Below the pieces are notes generated by a model. That model searched no databases and was not told where the DNA came from. It was given only the letters and a program-made list of their open reading frames with translations. A DNA stretch of 64,000 nucleotides, taken from contig OZ244561.1 in the NCBI GenBank assembly GCA_965217585.1, forward strand, positions 384,001 to 448,000. Direction: 5' to 3'. This DNA is from Candidatus Latescibacterota bacterium. GTDB taxonomy: Bacteria; Latescibacterota; UBA2968; UBA8231. Each line of letters opens with the position of its first letter. The stretch's first letter is position 1. A program made the translations under genes and the position numbers. This document shows, in pieces, positions 18,179 through 28,128 of this stretch.

Positions 18179-20920
18179 ATGCGTAGCAAACACTGGTTGA
18201 CTCATCTGCTGGCAGGCGGGCTACTCCTCGCGTGCCTAGATGGGGTCTGGGCGCAGGATTACGGCACCCGCTTGGGGGTGCAGCGCGGGGGTCGAGTCTC
18301 GTACGAACCGCAGGGACCGGGCGTGCTCTTTGGCGCTCTGGATCCCACGGTCAAGCGCTGGTATGTGCCCCAAGAACTCTACAACGAGTACCGCTGGCAG
18401 ACGTGGCAGTACACCAACTACGCGCGCGACAATTACCAGCGCTATGTATCCACGGCCCTCGAAGGCGATTACCTCTATGACCTGTACGGCAACTTCGTCA
18501 CTCAGGGCTGGCTGATTTACGACATGCGCCGACAACAGCCTTCAGAGTTCGGCAGCACGGTTTTTAAAGACAGTCGTTACGGCGGCTGGTTCAACCGCGT
18601 CCTCATCGCTTCGGACACCAAGGACCAGTACCACTACGCCGTGACTATCGGAGACCGCATCCGCACGACCCTGACGCCCCTGACCTTCTCGAAACCGGCC
18701 TTCAGCGGCATCCAAGCCGACTTCGCCTCAGACAAGTACCAAGCCACGGTCCTCATGTCGCGCATCAGCAATCCCAACCCTCCTACCAGCGTCGGGGTGA
18801 CGGGCATAACCAATACCACCGACTTCGTCGGCGGCCAGCTCACCAGCCAACTCGGCGATTTTGTCACCGTGGGCGCCACCTACCTCAACGCCCATCACTC
18901 TAATACCCTGCTGGAGAGCTTTGTCGGCAGCCGCTTTAGGGGCGACCTCACCGTCGACCAGAACGGCACCGCCATCAATCGGATCGAAATCGTGCTCGAA
19001 GACGACTCGCCTGAAGACGGAGAAGGCGGGGCCGCGCTGTTCTCGCAGAATGTCATCATCACATCGGTCGAGGACTTCGGGACCCTCGGCCGCGAGACCG
19101 TCACCGGCAAGGAGATCAACTTTGTCCCCCTCATCCAGGGCGGTTTTCAACGGCAGGGTTTTCTCGCCGCCGACGGGGATGAGAGCATCCGCCTGATCTA
19201 CGATTTCTCCGACCGCTCGTACTCGGGACCCGATCCGGCGACCATCGTCGAGGTCAGCTTCGAATTAGTGCTGGCCAACGACTACAAGGTGTCGATGACC
19301 TCGAACAACCAGCTCGACAAAAGAGAAACCCCACATCCACTGGAGATTGCCCGGGCCGACGGCAATGTGCGCGACACTTCAAACCAGCAGGTGGTGCGCT
19401 TCGCTTACGGTCTGCCCACGGCCAACCAGATTTTCGGCTTTCACCTGAAAACGACCAATCTACTCGGTTTCGACACCTACGCCGAATACGCCGTCAACCA
19501 CCAGTTCCGCAAGTATCCCAACTCCACTTTGGGTGAGCTGAACGAGGAACACGAGTCGGCCGCTAGGCGGGCGGAGGCCTGGATAGTCAATGTGTCGAGG
19601 AGTGAATATCCCTTGTTCGCGTACGGCGAGGCCTTCAGCATGGAAAGGCACTATGCGACCAGTATTTTCCTCAGCGACCAACGAGGCTCTTTTGACTACT
19701 CGACTAGGACTAGGTTATTCGAATTCGTCGAAGACAACGACGACCAAGACCGCATCCCCGACTGGGGGCGCTCGAACCAGATTGGCCCCGACATTGAGGT
19801 CTTCCCGGGCTGGGACGAGAACAACGACTTCATCAACGACTTCAACCAGAACGACAATCGGGTGCGGGAAAACCAAATTCCCGACTACGAAGAGCCTTTT
19901 TTGCGCTATCACAGCGATCGCCCCGAATTCCTCTTCGGCATCGACTTGAACAACAACGGCTGGATCGACCGCTTTGAGAACGACGAGCAGCCCGACTTTC
20001 CCTACAAGAGGGACCACCGAGGGTACAATGCGTATGGCGGCATCCATTTGATGCCGGAAGCGCGCTTGACCGTGGGGCGCACTCGGCAGTGGCTGCTCTC
20101 CGCGAATCAGCGCAACGAAACCAATTACGCGCTTTTCACTTTTGACCGGGACATCGCCGGCTTTGGGCGCATACGGGTTTTCAACTTCCTGAAAAAGGCG
20201 CGCGACAACATAGCCGACGACCGCATCGCGCCCCTACCCTATTTCAAAGGGCCGCAATTGCCCGTCAAGGACATCCTGCCAGCGCAGGACACCTATATCA
20301 ATACCCTGTGGCTGGGATTTGACTACACCGGCATCCCCTTCTTAAAGGTGGAGAACAAGCTCAAGTACGAAATCCTGCACCAGTTGCTCGCGGAGGAGGC
20401 CCTGGCCGAGCAGAGCGCCCGCAAGGACGCGCGCTTTTTCGGCCTGATCAACAAAGCCGCGTATTCGCTGAACCTACTGGGCGTGAATTTTCTGCCGCGA
20501 GTTAAGAGCGAGTACCTAGTGGATCAGCCCTTTCTCAGGACGGAAGACAAACGCAAACAGTGGTCGCCGAGTTTCTTTCTCATCACCCGTCTGCCACTGA
20601 TGCCGCACACCCAACTCGAGGCTGGCCTAGAACAGAGTTTCAAATGGGAGTTGCGAGCCGCCGAGGACGAACTGGTGGATTTGCAGGCCGAGGGAGTGGA
20701 GACCGGCGATTTCGGCGAGACTATCTTTGCGGTCCAGACCACCAATACCACCAACTATCTGGGCTACAAGTTGGTCACCCAACTCGGGTTTCTGTACGAG
20801 CGCAGAAGTCTGGAAGTGGTGAAAAAAAGGGCCGTGGCAGGCGCTGAAGACGTCTTCGAACTGGGGGATCGGATGGCGACGGGTTTCACCACCTTTATCA
20901 CGATTTACGCCGGCCTCTAG
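18179..20920 (+). CDS. Large secreted protein, putative outer-membrane beta-barrel with Asp/Asn Ca-binding-like loops, paralog A
   Basis: GGAGG RBS and ATG 18179, signal peptide VWA-Q, motifs DENNDFIND and DLNNNGWID, amphipathic strands, ends FITIYAGL. Confidence 0.75.
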   Translation: MRSKHWLTHLLAGGLLLACLDGVWAQDYGTRLGVQRGGRVSYEPQGPGVLFGALDPTVKRWYVPQELYNEYRWQTWQYTNYARDNYQRYVSTALEGDYLYDLYGNFVTQGWLIYDMRRQQPSEFGSTVFKDSRYGGWFNRVLIASDTKDQYHYAVTIGDRIRTTLTPLTFSKPAFSGIQADFASDKYQATVLMSRISNPNPPTSVGVTGITNTTDFVGGQLTSQLGDFVTVGATYLNAHHSNTLLESFVGSRFRGDLTVDQNGTAINRIEIVLEDDSPEDGEGGAALFSQNVIITSVEDFGTLGRETVTGKEINFVPLIQGGFQRQGFLAADGDESIRLIYDFSDRSYSGPDPATIVEVSFELVLANDYKVSMTSNNQLDKRETPHPLEIARADGNVRDTSNQQVVRFAYGLPTANQIFGFHLKTTNLLGFDTYAEYAVNHQFRKYPNSTLGELNEEHESAARRAEAWIVNVSRSEYPLFAYGEAFSMERHYATSIFLSDQRGSFDYSTRTRLFEFVEDNDDQDRIPDWGRSNQIGPDIEVFPGWDENNDFINDFNQNDNRVRENQIPDYEEPFLRYHSDRPEFLFGIDLNNNGWIDRFENDEQPDFPYKRDHRGYNAYGGIHLMPEARLTVGRTRQWLLSANQRNETNYALFTFDRDIAGFGRIRVFNFLKKARDNIADDRIAPLPYFKGPQLPVKDILPAQDTYINTLWLGFDYTGIPFLKVENKLKYEILHQLLAEEALAEQSARKDARFFGLINKAAYSLNLLGVNFLPRVKSEYLVDQPFLRTEDKRKQWSPSFFLITRLPLMPHTQLEAGLEQSFKWELRAAEDELVDLQAEGVETGDFGETIFAVQTTNTTNYLGYKLVTQLGFLYERRSLEVVKKRAVAGAEDVFELGDRMATGFTTFITIYAGL

Positions 20921-20934
20921 CCGAGGGTTGAGCC

Positions 20935-23664
20935 ATGATACGCGAGACAATCTCCACACTTGCGCTACTGGCGATCGCGGGGACCAGCGTCGGCGCCCAG
21001 GACTACGGCAATCGCCTAGGCCAGGGGCACGGCGAAGACGTGCAATTCCCGACCACGGGCCCTAGTATGCTCTCCGATGCGCTCGATCCCCGGGTGCAGA
21101 AATGGTACTTGTCCCAGGAACTCTACAGCGAATACCGTCTGAATCAGTGGTCGTACACCAACTATGCCAGGGACTTCTACCTGCGCTACCTGCAGCCGGG
21201 TCTGGAAGGGGACTACTTCTACGATCTGTTTGGCCGCCGCATCATGCACGGGTGGTTGATCTACGAGGCGAGAAAAGAACAACCCCGGGCCTCAGAGGGC
21301 AACAGCCTGCTCAAGTCCCCGCTCTACGGTAGCAATTTCCAGAATTTAATCATCTCTTCCGATGCCAAGGGACAGTACCGCTACGCCCTAACCATCGGCA
21401 ACGAGATGCGCACCACCCTCACGCCGATGACTTTCAACAAGGCCGTCTTCAACGGCATTCAGTTCGATTATCTGGCCGACCGCTACGCCGGGACCGTGCT
21501 CCTCTCGCGCGTCAGCGCGCCGCTGGTGGCCACCTCGGACTTTGGCGTGGGACTCACCAACGCCACGGAATTAAAAGCCGGACGGGCGACCGTCCAAGTC
21601 GGCGACCACGTCACCCTCGGCGGCACCTACGTCAACACCCACAACAGCCGCGCCACCTTGGAGCGCTTTGCGGGCAATATGTTCAAGGGCTTTCTCACCA
21701 CCGATCAGGCCGCCAACGCCGTTTCCTTTGTGGAAATCCGCCTGGGTGACGATTCGCCCGCAGACGGCGAGGGTGGGGCCATTCTCTTCGCCGAGAACGC
21801 CATCCTCAAGGATGTCACTGGCCATACTTGGGAAAGCACCCAAGTCGGTTATACCCCGGTGCGGACGGGCGGCCAGTTGCGCGACGGGTTTCCCGTGGCG
21901 GACGGCAACGAGCGCATGACCCTGCGCTACAACCTAGAGACCCTGGCCGCGGCGAGAATTGTGCAGGTCGATGGCGAGCCCACCTTATCACCCACCACGG
22001 TCGACTCCCTCGCCGAGGTGCGCTTCGAGTTGGTGCTGGCCAACGACTACCGGGTCGAGATCACTTCGGACCGCCAGACCAACATAGAGGGCCAACCGGT
22101 CTTCCTGCCGGTGCAAAGCGCTCCGAGCAACGTCAAGGACACCTCCAATCGGCGCACCGTGCGTTTCGATTACGGCCTGCCCACGGCCAATCAGATCGCT
22201 GGTTTCACCGTGGAGGTCAATGAATTGTGGGGCTTCAATCTGTACGCGGAAATGAACGTCAACCACCGCTTTGTCCAATATCCCAGCCCGCTACTGGAGA
22301 CCCATCGGATCGCCGCGCAGCGGGCGAATGCATGGATGGTCAATCTGTCGCAGATTCGCTCCCCCTATTTTTTTCACCTCGAAGCTTTCAGCATGGATCC
22401 AGAGTACACCACGAGCATCTTCATGACGGAGACCAACGGGAGGACCGACTTTGCCGACGAGGAGACCTTTTTCTACGACTACGTCGACGACAACGACGAC
22501 CAGGACCGCTTTCCGGATCAGAAGCGCCGCTGGCAGTCAATCTCGCTGAGCGGCAGCCAGAGCGGCGAAGGAGCGGCCGATCCGGCCGTATTCCCCGGTT
22601 GGGACGAAAACGGCGACTTCATCTCCGACTTCAACCAGAACGACAACCTAGCGCGCCGCAACTCGATTGCGGACTACGAGGAGCCTTTCCTGCGCTTCAG
22701 CGTCGACCGGCCGGAATTTCTCTTCGGCATCGATCTCAACAACAACGGTTGGATCGACCGCTTCGAAGACGACGCCGACCCGGATTATCCCTACGACCGG
22801 GACCACCGGGGCTACAATGTATACGGCGGCGTCGACGTGCTTCCCCAGGTGCGCCTGACCGCGGGGCAGACGCGGCAGTGGCTGCTGTCCTCGGGCCGGC
22901 GCAGCGAGGTGGCGTACGGGCTTTTCACCTTTGAGCGCGATTGGGCCGCCTTCGGCAGGCTGCGCGTCTTTGAGCACTTGAAGAAAGTGCGCGACAACAT
23001 AGCCGACGACCGCATTGCCGCGCCGAAATTCTTCCGCGATCCCCAGTCTACAGTGGAAGACCCGCTGCCGGCCCAAGACACCTGGATCAATACATTCTGG
23101 CTGGGCTTTGACTACACGCGCCTAGCGCCATTGTACCTGTCCAACAAGTTCAAGTACGAATTCCTCCACCAGCGCGACAAACAACCAGTACTCGACGCGC
23201 GCGGCGCGCGGCGCAATGCGCGTTTTGTTGGCTTGATCAACAAGGCGGATTACGGCTTCGATGTCGGCGAGTTCCACATCAGACCGCGTCTCAAAAACGA
23301 GTTCTTCTCGGACGTCCCCTACCTACAGGAGGAGGAGAAACGCCAGTGGTGGAAGCAGATGCTGTCCCTCAGCGTCAAATTCCCGATCCTCAAGCGCTCG
23401 TGGATCGAGACGGGTCTGGAGCAGGTATTCACCACTGACTTGCGGGCGGACGAACATGCGCTGGAAGAGGGGATGCGCACGGGGGATGCGCGACAGACGG
23501 TTCTGGCGTTGCAACTGACCAATTACGGGACCTACGTGGGCTATCGCTCGATCATGCAGTTCGGCCTGCGCTACGACCGGGACCGCTTTGCGCGCCTCGG
23601 CCGGAAGTCCGAGATCAAGACGGGCAGCCTCGTCTTTCTCTCCTTCTACGCAGGTCTGGAATAG
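20935..23664 (+). CDS. Large secreted protein, putative outer-membrane beta-barrel, paralog B
   Basis: Colinear with 18179-20920 (QDYGxRLG, YTNYARD, DDSPxDGEGGA, RPEFLFGIDLNNNGWIDRFE). Ends FLSFYAGLE. Confidence 0.75.
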   Translation: MIRETISTLALLAIAGTSVGAQDYGNRLGQGHGEDVQFPTTGPSMLSDALDPRVQKWYLSQELYSEYRLNQWSYTNYARDFYLRYLQPGLEGDYFYDLFGRRIMHGWLIYEARKEQPRASEGNSLLKSPLYGSNFQNLIISSDAKGQYRYALTIGNEMRTTLTPMTFNKAVFNGIQFDYLADRYAGTVLLSRVSAPLVATSDFGVGLTNATELKAGRATVQVGDHVTLGGTYVNTHNSRATLERFAGNMFKGFLTTDQAANAVSFVEIRLGDDSPADGEGGAILFAENAILKDVTGHTWESTQVGYTPVRTGGQLRDGFPVADGNERMTLRYNLETLAAARIVQVDGEPTLSPTTVDSLAEVRFELVLANDYRVEITSDRQTNIEGQPVFLPVQSAPSNVKDTSNRRTVRFDYGLPTANQIAGFTVEVNELWGFNLYAEMNVNHRFVQYPSPLLETHRIAAQRANAWMVNLSQIRSPYFFHLEAFSMDPEYTTSIFMTETNGRTDFADEETFFYDYVDDNDDQDRFPDQKRRWQSISLSGSQSGEGAADPAVFPGWDENGDFISDFNQNDNLARRNSIADYEEPFLRFSVDRPEFLFGIDLNNNGWIDRFEDDADPDYPYDRDHRGYNVYGGVDVLPQVRLTAGQTRQWLLSSGRRSEVAYGLFTFERDWAAFGRLRVFEHLKKVRDNIADDRIAAPKFFRDPQSTVEDPLPAQDTWINTFWLGFDYTRLAPLYLSNKFKYEFLHQRDKQPVLDARGARRNARFVGLINKADYGFDVGEFHIRPRLKNEFFSDVPYLQEEEKRQWWKQMLSLSVKFPILKRSWIETGLEQVFTTDLRADEHALEEGMRTGDARQTVLALQLTNYGTYVGYRSIMQFGLRYDRDRFARLGRKSEIKTGSLVFLSFYAGLE

Positions 23665-23676
23665 AAGAGGTGCACC

Positions 23677-26196
23677 ATGCTACATAGATATTGCGCGATC
23701 TGGCTGCTAGCCACTGTGCTCGGGTGTGGTGCGGTCGCGGCTCAGGGCGGCTATGTGATCCGTGGCGACCAGATCATCAGCGAGGGCGAGGACGCGTGGC
23801 GGCAATGGCTCTTCCCCGTCGGCACGATCGACTTCGACGCTCAGGGCATCCGACCCCACTTCGTGGCCCGGGACATCAATGCCAGTCTCGATGCCCATCG
23901 CTTTCCGCTGGAAGCTGCAGACGACGAAGAGAGGGGGGGCATCCACGCTGCCGGGTCGAACGCCAGCACCGCCGCAAACATCCTCGATGGCGACCCCTCG
24001 ACCTATTGGGAACCAAATCTCGACGATCCGCCGGATCGATGGTGGGTGGTGATTGACCTCGGGCGAATGGTGCCGGCCACGCGCATTGTCCTGCGCTTTG
24101 CCGAGGAAGGTCAGGGCGACCCTTTCTACCACTTCCGGGTGCTGGCGGCCAACGGCGACGCCCGCTTGGGTGCCAGTGACAATCTCGACTACCACCTCGT
24201 TGGCCGGACTAGGCGGCCGAATCTCGACCAGAGGGAATTCGCCTTCGAGCTAAATCCCTTTTCCCCAGCCGACAAATCCTTTACCGGAGATGCCGTGCGC
24301 TTCATCCAAGTGGTGATGACCGACAGCCGCCTGGGCAAGGCCGAGGAAGTGGCTGACCTAGAGACATACCAATCCCTGTCCGCGTCCCAGCAGGGCGATG
24401 TGGAATATTTCGGTCGCAGCCGCTCGGGGCGCGAGTGGGGTCTCGACGAAGAGACCTATCAGTTGCTCGATCCGTCCGAACAGGGCTCAATCCGCTATTA
24501 CCGCCGGGAACAGCCCCGCCTCGCCGAGTTCGAGGTCCGCACTGTGGGGGAAAACATCGCCCTAGGCCTGCTGCCACGGGGCGGTACCATAGAGGCGGAT
24601 GGCAACAATCTCGGCAAGAGCGTCGACGGAGACTACGTGACCTATTACAACTTCCAAGGCGGGTACACCGCCGAGGCCTCGAACCGGGAGCGCCGGACGG
24701 TTTTCGATCTGGGCTCGCTCTACTGGATCGACCGCATCCAGATCCTCACCGCCCATCCTCCCAACCCCGGTGGCAGGCTGCGCTCGTACCGCGCCAAGGT
24801 GTCGGACGGCTCTCTGGCTCCAGATGGAACCCTGGCGTGGACTCAGGTGGCCCACCGGCCGGAGAAAAGCCAGCACAGGTGGCAGGAGCTGCAATTTGAG
24901 TTGATTAAGGGCCGCTTCCTCATCTTCGATTACCTAATCCATCTGGGTGGCTCGCAGTCCTCGATAGGCGAGTTTATGGTCTTCGGCGAGGGGTACCAGC
25001 CCGAGGTGGTACTGGAATCGCCCCTGATCGACCTGGGTAACTCCAGAAACCTGACGACCCTCCACTGGCGAGGGCATACTCCGCCCGGCACCCGCATTGA
25101 GCTAGCCACCCGCACCGGCGACAAGATCAAAACCATCACCCACTACTTCCGTAAAGATGGCACTGAGATGACAGAAAAAAAATACAACAAAACGATCGCC
25201 GCCCTCCGGGGACCCACGACCGAGGAGACCGTCGTCGACGAAGAGACTTGGAGCAGCTGGAGCCAGCCGCACACTACCTCGGGCGAAGAGGTCACTTCGC
25301 CTTCCCCGCGCCGCTTCATGAAGGCACAGGTCAAGTTGTTCAGCGAGTATCCAGACCGCTTTGCTCAGCTAAAACAACTCGAAGTGCGCTTTGCTCAGCC
25401 GTGGGTGGGGCGGGCGTGGGGTGAGGTGTATCCGGTACACGTAGAGCGTTTGGGCGCGGAAGTGCCGCTGACTTTTTTCGTGCGATCGGAACAGGGTTCC
25501 ACGGATCTAGGCATTGACGAGGTGCTGCTCATCAATTCGAATCAGGTGCCGCTGACCCTGCAGGGAATCCGTCTCGGCCCTGGGGCCGAAGTGGCCGAGG
25601 GACGCGGCCAGTCCGTCGATCTGTCGGCGGTGGAGGTGCACCAGACAGGAGACGATTCACTGTGGGTGCAGCTACCCGAGGTGATCGCGCGCAACGAGGT
25701 AATGGCCCTCGAGGTGTCCACCACGCTCTTTGGTCACGGGGTCTCGTTTGCCGGACGGGTGGGCAACCGCGAAAACTCGGGGGCTTGGCAGCGAGTGGAG
25801 GCCGGCGATGTGCTGGAGGAGGTGGAGAGCCAAGTGTTGCGGGTGCTGGCACCGGAGGGTCGGATCGGCCTGTCTGGTCTGCAACTCAGCTCACAGGTGG
25901 TGACGCCCAATGGGGACGGGGTCAATGAGGCCGTGACTTTGCGCTTCGACGTGTTGCGGATGGACGGGGAGCAGTCCGTGCTGGTGTCAGTGTACGATCT
26001 GTCGGGTCGCCAGGTGTGGGAGTTCGAGGAGGAGCGCGCCCGAGCGAGCGGTCTGTACGAGGTAGCATGGCCGGGCGTGGACCGCGCGGGCACCCCCGTG
26101 CCGCCGGGGGTGTATTTGTTGCGCGTGGAGGTGGACGCGGATGCAGAGGCGGATGTGGAGGCCGCTTTGGCCCGTGCGGTGTACGTGGCTTATTGA
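23677..26196 (+). CDS. Secreted FlgD-Ig domain protein with two discoidin-like domains, paralog 4
   Basis: Two DGD...DLG...RI...EF units, SPSPRRF, TPNGDGVNE, PPGVYLL. Confidence 0.85.
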   Translation: MLHRYCAIWLLATVLGCGAVAAQGGYVIRGDQIISEGEDAWRQWLFPVGTIDFDAQGIRPHFVARDINASLDAHRFPLEAADDEERGGIHAAGSNASTAANILDGDPSTYWEPNLDDPPDRWWVVIDLGRMVPATRIVLRFAEEGQGDPFYHFRVLAANGDARLGASDNLDYHLVGRTRRPNLDQREFAFELNPFSPADKSFTGDAVRFIQVVMTDSRLGKAEEVADLETYQSLSASQQGDVEYFGRSRSGREWGLDEETYQLLDPSEQGSIRYYRREQPRLAEFEVRTVGENIALGLLPRGGTIEADGNNLGKSVDGDYVTYYNFQGGYTAEASNRERRTVFDLGSLYWIDRIQILTAHPPNPGGRLRSYRAKVSDGSLAPDGTLAWTQVAHRPEKSQHRWQELQFELIKGRFLIFDYLIHLGGSQSSIGEFMVFGEGYQPEVVLESPLIDLGNSRNLTTLHWRGHTPPGTRIELATRTGDKIKTITHYFRKDGTEMTEKKYNKTIAALRGPTTEETVVDEETWSSWSQPHTTSGEEVTSPSPRRFMKAQVKLFSEYPDRFAQLKQLEVRFAQPWVGRAWGEVYPVHVERLGAEVPLTFFVRSEQGSTDLGIDEVLLINSNQVPLTLQGIRLGPGAEVAEGRGQSVDLSAVEVHQTGDDSLWVQLPEVIARNEVMALEVSTTLFGHGVSFAGRVGNRENSGAWQRVEAGDVLEEVESQVLRVLAPEGRIGLSGLQLSSQVVTPNGDGVNEAVTLRFDVLRMDGEQSVLVSVYDLSGRQVWEFEEERARASGLYEVAWPGVDRAGTPVPPGVYLLRVEVDADAEADVEAALARAVYVAY

Positions 26197-26247
26197 TTTC
26201 CTCATCGACGCGGGATTCTAGGTAGCAGGAGCCGTATATCTCATCCC

Positions 26248-28101
26248 ATGAAGTGCGCAAAAGGACGCCTCTTTACTCTCGCCCTAGCGGCGAACGCGCT
26301 GGTTTCGCCCTCGGGTATGGGCTTGACCATATACCGAATCGGCGACCAGGACCTATCTCCGCCCCCCCACGGCGCGGAGCTGGTGCAGTTGAGTTGGGAG
26401 GAGGCATCTCAGGGCACGGATGGAGTGTGGGATGGGCTCATCCTAGAAAACGGGCGGATTGCTCCCATACGGGTCCGGCCGGATGAAAACCTGTCCCTCA
26501 CGGCCATTGCCAGAGGGGGCGGACCGCGCGGTCAAAAGTACCCCAACGTCGAGCCGCAGACGGAGATCACCGACTGGACGGTCGACGGGGATCCCACGAC
26601 CGCCTTTCGCGATACAGACGCGGCCCATCGAGGCATGGGCAACCAGCTAACTATGTATCTCGGCGGGCGCTTTCCAGTGAGCCGAGTCCGCTTTTATCCC
26701 TCGCCGCAATCCTCCGGGCTCATCATCGAAAAATTCAGGCTGGCCGTTTCCGACCAAAAGGGAAGTGCCGAGGTGATCCGGTTGGTGTCGAACAATACGC
26801 ACCCGACCGTGGATTTGACCTTTCCCAGCCGCATCGTCGATCGGCTCCAACTGAACGTGCACTCCTCTAGATCTAGAATCGGCGACTGGTTTCCCTGGGA
26901 AATCGCCGAGTTTGAAGTGTACGGCGAGGGCTTCGTGCCGGAAGCGACTTTCCAGTCGCGAATTTTCGATCTAGGCGCACCTGCCACCATAGGCCCCTTG
27001 CACTGGTCCGGGTTCAGAGATCCCGACGCCAGAGTCAACATCCGCACCCGCAGCGGTCGCGATCCAGATCCCAACCGCTATTGGCGCTACACCGGTCGCG
27101 GGGACGAGCTCACCTTTCGCACGCCGGAGGGTGCGCCCATGACCCGTGCGGACTACGAAAAACTCCGGGGCGGTCAACCCCCTATAACCGCGGACCTCGA
27201 CAACTGGAGCGCATGGTCCGGCCCGTACGCCACCAGCGCCGCCATCGTCTCGCCGAGCCCCCGCCAGTTCCTGCAAGTGCAGGTCGGGTTCGTGCCCAAG
27301 GGATTCCACGGCGGCGGCGTCGACTTCGTAGAGTTCCGGGTAACTCAGCCCCCGCTCAGCGGCCCAATCGTGGGCGAGGTCTGGCCCGAACATGCGGTCC
27401 CGGGAGCAGTGACGTCGTTTGTCTATGCCTTGCTGCCAGAGTTGAGTCCAGAGACGAGCGGGTTTGATAGTCTAGTAGTGGAGACGACAGGACGCTTTGC
27501 CGCGGTCGACTCGGTGCGGATAAACGAGGAGTGGATAGCGGTGGAGGCAACGGTCGAGGCAGAACGGATATCCCTCTCGCTGCCGCGGATGGGGGCGGAG
27601 GATAACCAGAAACTCGTGGAGGTTTTCTTTCAGGCGCAGGTGTTTCACTTCGGCACCTCGTTCGCAGGCCAAGTCTTCGACTCGGAGCGGCCCGGGGAAG
27701 TGGCGCAGCAAGTGGTGCCTGGCAATGCCACCTTTCGGCTGGACGGCGACCAACTCGCGGTGGGCGTCCAGCTCGATGGTCCGCTCTTGCAGCAGGTGGC
27801 CGTGCAACCGCCGGTGATCACGCCCAATGGAGACGGCATCAACGACCGGACGGAGATTGCATACACCTTGCTGAGATTGGCGGGCGCAGGCGAGGTGGAG
27901 GTCGAAATTTTCGACCTGTCGGGTCGCCTAGTACGGAGGCTCTACAGCGGTCGGGAAAGCAGCGGGCACTACCTGCGGCCATGGGACGGACGCGGCGATG
28001 ATCGCGCCGTGGTCGCGCCGGGATTGTATCTGTTCCAAGTGCGCTTGAACGCAGACCGCGGGATAACCAAGGACAGCGGTCTCATTGCGGTGGTTTACTG
28101 A
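26248..28101 (+). CDS. Secreted discoidin-like/FlgD-Ig domain protein, paralog 5
   Basis: LTIYRIG, DGDPTT, WEIAEFEVYG, TPNGDGIND, PGLYLF. Confidence 0.85.
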   Translation: MKCAKGRLFTLALAANALVSPSGMGLTIYRIGDQDLSPPPHGAELVQLSWEEASQGTDGVWDGLILENGRIAPIRVRPDENLSLTAIARGGGPRGQKYPNVEPQTEITDWTVDGDPTTAFRDTDAAHRGMGNQLTMYLGGRFPVSRVRFYPSPQSSGLIIEKFRLAVSDQKGSAEVIRLVSNNTHPTVDLTFPSRIVDRLQLNVHSSRSRIGDWFPWEIAEFEVYGEGFVPEATFQSRIFDLGAPATIGPLHWSGFRDPDARVNIRTRSGRDPDPNRYWRYTGRGDELTFRTPEGAPMTRADYEKLRGGQPPITADLDNWSAWSGPYATSAAIVSPSPRQFLQVQVGFVPKGFHGGGVDFVEFRVTQPPLSGPIVGEVWPEHAVPGAVTSFVYALLPELSPETSGFDSLVVETTGRFAAVDSVRINEEWIAVEATVEAERISLSLPRMGAEDNQKLVEVFFQAQVFHFGTSFAGQVFDSERPGEVAQQVVPGNATFRLDGDQLAVGVQLDGPLLQQVAVQPPVITPNGDGINDRTEIAYTLLRLAGAGEVEVEIFDLSGRLVRRLYSGRESSGHYLRPWDGRGDDRAVVAPGLYLFQVRLNADRGITKDSGLIAVVY

Positions 28102-28128
28102 TGGGCCTGCAGGTGCGGTGGTTGTCTC

